From assembly GCF_006345805.1 (NCBI RefSeq), contig NW_021836183.1, positions 1 to 25,109 of the forward strand: DNA of 25,109 bases, given 5' to 3'. Under the pieces are notes generated by a model that did no database searches, was not told the DNA's origin, and worked only from the letters and a program-made list of their open reading frames with translations. The position numbers and the translations under genes were made by a program. Below are positions 22,190 to 25,109 of the stretch, in pieces; the stretch's first letter is position 1; each line of letters opens with the position of its first letter. This DNA comes from Octopus sinensis (taxonomy: Eukaryota).

Positions 22190-22950
22190 TACATCTCCTG
22201 GATGCTCTGAGAGGCATCATTAGTGATGTTTCTGGAAGTCTGAAAGAGTTTGGGGTCTTTGAGTGTCAGACCACCCTTATTTCTTTACTACCCACAAGGG
22301 GCTAAACATAGAGGGGACAAACAAGGACAGACAAACGGATTAAGTCGATTACTTCGACCCCCCCAGTGCGTAACTGGTACTTAATTTATCGACCCCGAAA
22401 GGATGAAAGGCAAAGTCAACCTCAGCGGAATTTGAACTCAGAATGTAATGGCAGACGAAATACGGCTACGCATTTCGGCCGCCGTGCTAACAATTCTGCC
22501 AGCTCGCCGCCCTGTCAGACCACCCTTGTCCAGTTGACCCAGCTGATACTGGTCAAGTCTCAGCTTTCATTCCAGCAGCAGTAGTAAACCCCTGTTCTAC
22601 TCTCTTTATCCAAAACCACTTTTATCAGTAATGGCATTTATGGTCTTCCTCTTTGCTGCACCACCAACTTCAAGCCTGGTCAGAGATTTGCAGAATAAGT
22701 GCTCCCACAAAACCCCAGCAGCCCACTTCAATTACCTTGCAATATGTCTCCAAGACTTCGTTTCTGCATTGCTCTACCAGCTCCTGGTATTTAGCAAGCT
22801 TCTACTCCATGTGCTCTCCCCAGAAAACAGTCAGTTCCCACTCTGGTGGATGAAGTTAGCTATTTGCTGGATGCTCTTCATAGTGTTAGCTTCTAGATCA
22901 TCACCATTATCTTGTAGGGCTTTAGCTACATTTGGTTGTGGTCATGCTGG
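22190..22950 (-). mobile_element. 3' part of a HERO/NeSL-like non-LTR retrotransposon (RLE endonuclease), internally deleted and split by a SINE
   Basis: Minus strand: ELTVFWGEHME*KLAKYQELVEQCRNEVLETYCKVIEVGCWGFVG, matching the ELTVPWE...KxxKYxxLV..C...IEVGCRGF RLE motif, plus an upstream HD(H)NQ..LKAL remnant. The 3' UTR ...gctgggtc...aagggtg.tctga...aaagacccc.aaac...catcact.atgat is HERO-like (recalled). Confidence 0.8.
22279..22512 (-). mobile_element. SINE family A, full length, inside the HERO-like LINE
   Basis: 15-bp TSD tgtcagaccaccctt at 22264-22278 and 22513-22527; reverse complement of the 4754-4989 copy. Confidence 0.95.
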
Positions 22951-23214
22951 AATAGTTATGTTTTTATTTTTTCAATATTTATAAGAGTTTAGTCTACATC
23001 AGTTGTCATGTTTGATATGTTTTACAGAAAGATATTTGAGTTCAAACCCAGCTGGAGTACAAGTATATGTTGCAGTGTGATTATTTCAGCTGAAATAAAC
23101 AATGTGGACAATAAACAATGTAAAAATGTAATGTTTTACAGAAAAAGAATCGAATAAATTAAAATATGGCAACAAAATTTTAGGTCAGCAGAGTGAAAAT
23201 AAAGTCTCATTAGA

Positions 23215-23430
23215 AATGATAATGAGGACAACAACGTTGACAGCAATGACAATAATGTCAACAGCAATGAAACAATATTAGCAACAATGACAGTCATAAT
23301 AACAACAATAACAATAAGAACAATGACAACAATAACAACAATGACAGCCATAATAACAACAACACCAACAATAGTAATAACAATGACAATGAAACAACAA
23401 CAATAGTGGCAGTAACAAAAACAACAACTT
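23215..23430. repeat. (AAC/AAT/GAC)n low-complexity tract
   Basis: Direct. Confidence 0.85.
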
Positions 23431-23434
23431 TAAT

Positions 23435-24110
23435 AATCCTTTCTGCTCTAGGTACAAGGACTGAAATTTGGGCGGTGTGGGGTGTGTGTGAGGGGGGGGT
23501 AAGTCTATTACACTGACCCCAGTATTTGACTGGTACTTGTTTCATTGACACTGAAAGAATGAAAGGTAAAGTTGAACTTGGTGGGATTTGAACTCAGAAT
23601 GTAATGAGTCAGAAGAAATACCACTAAGTGTGTTGTCTGATATACTCTTTTACTCTTTTACTTGTTTCAGTCATTTGACTGTGGCCATGCTGGAGCACCG
23701 CCTTTAGTCGAGCAAATCGACCCCGGGACTTATTCTTTGTAAGCCCAGTACTTATTCTATTGTTCTCTTTTGCCGAACCGCTAAGTAACGGGGACGTAAA
23801 CACACCAGCATTGGTTGTCAAGCAATGCTAGGGGGAAAACACAGACACACAAACATACATACGCAATATATATATATATATATATATAATAATATATATA
23901 TATATACATATATACGACAGGCTTCATTCAGTTTCCGTCTACCAAATCCATTCACAAGGCTTTGGTCGGCCCGAGGCTATAGCAGAAGACACTTGCCTAA
24001 GGTGTCACGCAGTGGGACTGAACCCGGAACCATGTGGTTGGTAAGCAAGCTACTTACCACACAGCCACTCCTGCGCCTATATGCTAACAATTCTGCCAAC
24101 TTGTAGCCTT
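23435..24110 (-). mobile_element. Old family A-related SINE (23435-23640 + 24080-24110) split by a family B SINE
   Basis: ...gaactcagaatgtaatgagtcagaagaaataccactaagtgtgttgtctga | tgctaacaattctgccaac... rejoins as the family A head. Confidence 0.8.
23643..24079 (-). mobile_element. SINE family B, full length
   Basis: A/B boxes, CORE-like accttaggcaagtgtc, internal (TA)n, 3' stem-loop cagtcaaatgactg and (aaaagagt)n tail. Confidence 0.95.
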
Positions 24111-24293
24111 ATACCAACAACGTTTAATAATGGTTTCAAATTTTGGCGATTTTAGGGGAAGGGGTTAGTAACAACAACAAAAAGGAGAGAAACCCCAATG
24201 GTGGCGGTTACAACAACAACAACAACAACAAAAATGACAACAACAGCTACAAGGATGGCAGTACCCCCTCCCCTCCATCCAATAGTAATAATT

Positions 24294-24418
24294 ATTTCTT
24301 TACTACCCACAAAGGGCTAAACACAGAGGGGACAAACAAGGACAGATATCGAAATGATGAAAGGCAAAGTCAACCTGGACGGAATTTGAACTCAGATCGG
24401 AGCGACGGGCGAAATACC
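24294..24418 (-). mobile_element. Partial, internally deleted SINE family A unit in tandem
   Basis: The tail tttctttactacccacaaagggc... is joined to ...gatgaaaggcaaagtcaacc...gaaatacc; the head and the centre are missing. Confidence 0.85.
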
Positions 24419-24419
24419 T

Positions 24420-24653
24420 ATTTCTTTACTACCCACAAGGGGCTAAACACAGAGGGGGACAAACAAGGACAGACAAACGGATTAAGTCGATTATATCGAC
24501 CCCAGTGCGTAACTGGTACTTAATTTATCGACCCCGAAAGGATGAAAGGCAAAGTTGACCTCGGCAGAATTTGAAATCAGAACGTAACGGCAGACGAAAT
24601 GCGGCAACGCATTTCACCCGGCGTGCTAACGATTCTGCCAGCTCACCGCCTTA
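24420..24653 (-). mobile_element. SINE family A, full length
   Basis: Reverse complement of the 4754-4989 copy. Confidence 0.95.
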
Positions 24654-25109
24654 ACCAGCTTAGTAATAATAACAATAACGATGACAGCAATAAGAGCAAC
24701 AACCACAACGGTGGTGTGGTCAATAAATATGAATGAAAACAAACCAAAACAACATATCAAATATGGATGGTGTGAAGCGTCAACATATATGAATAAATAT
24801 ATAAATTGATGGGAAAGGGATGGTGGAGGTAGGGAGGGGAGAGAGACGGGGGGGGCGGGGGAGAAAAGAGCCAGTAAGAAACTAAGTTAAAAATAGAAAC
24901 AAGACGATGATGGTGGTAGTGGTGGTGGTGGGGATAATGGTGATGATGATGATGCTGATGATCAATGGAACGAGATAGATTTGGAGTAAGTCTTGTTGGA
25001 TTGGAGTGGACTGGGTTTTCTTTTTCTTGTATTTCCTTGTGGAGGAATACCTTACAGAGCTATTTATCACATTTTGATAGGTTAGTGATGTTTGTGGGGG
25101 ACGGGGTGT

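Noticed and set aside
23081-23098. 18-bp perfect palindrome ttatttcagctgaaataa
   Set aside because: Short and AT-rich with no supporting context; plausible by chance in 25 kb.

Overview
AT-rich, microsatellite-dense animal genomic DNA, probably intronic or intergenic. From recall, the SINE families resemble those of Octopus/coleoid cephalopods; this is an inference and no search was run. No host protein-coding gene can be called with confidence, and nearly all ORFs in the track are translations of (TA)n/(CA)n/(GA)n/(AAT)n/(ACC)n repeats. The identifiable content is decayed mobile elements: two Tc1 copies, one DD37D (maT) mariner-like copy, a CR1/L2-group LINE 3' end, a HERO/NeSL-like RLE LINE 3' part and at least three SINE families, several nested with clear TSDs. 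The most interesting signal is a cluster of six type-I hammerhead-ribozyme (HHR) motifs of the Penelope-like-element (PLE) kind. Four lie in two inverted-repeat modules (3058-3260; 20175-20756, whose 174-bp arms are identical) that place an HHR on each strand, and two are solo (18757-18840, 19616-19651). Five share a GAAAC(G/T)AT(C/T)G helix-III signature and an unusually long stem II region. Also notable are a LINE/SINE pair sharing a 3' stem-loop with compensatory changes, a sharp-edged ~340-bp duplication of low-complexity DNA, and weak micro-exon candidates on both strands.
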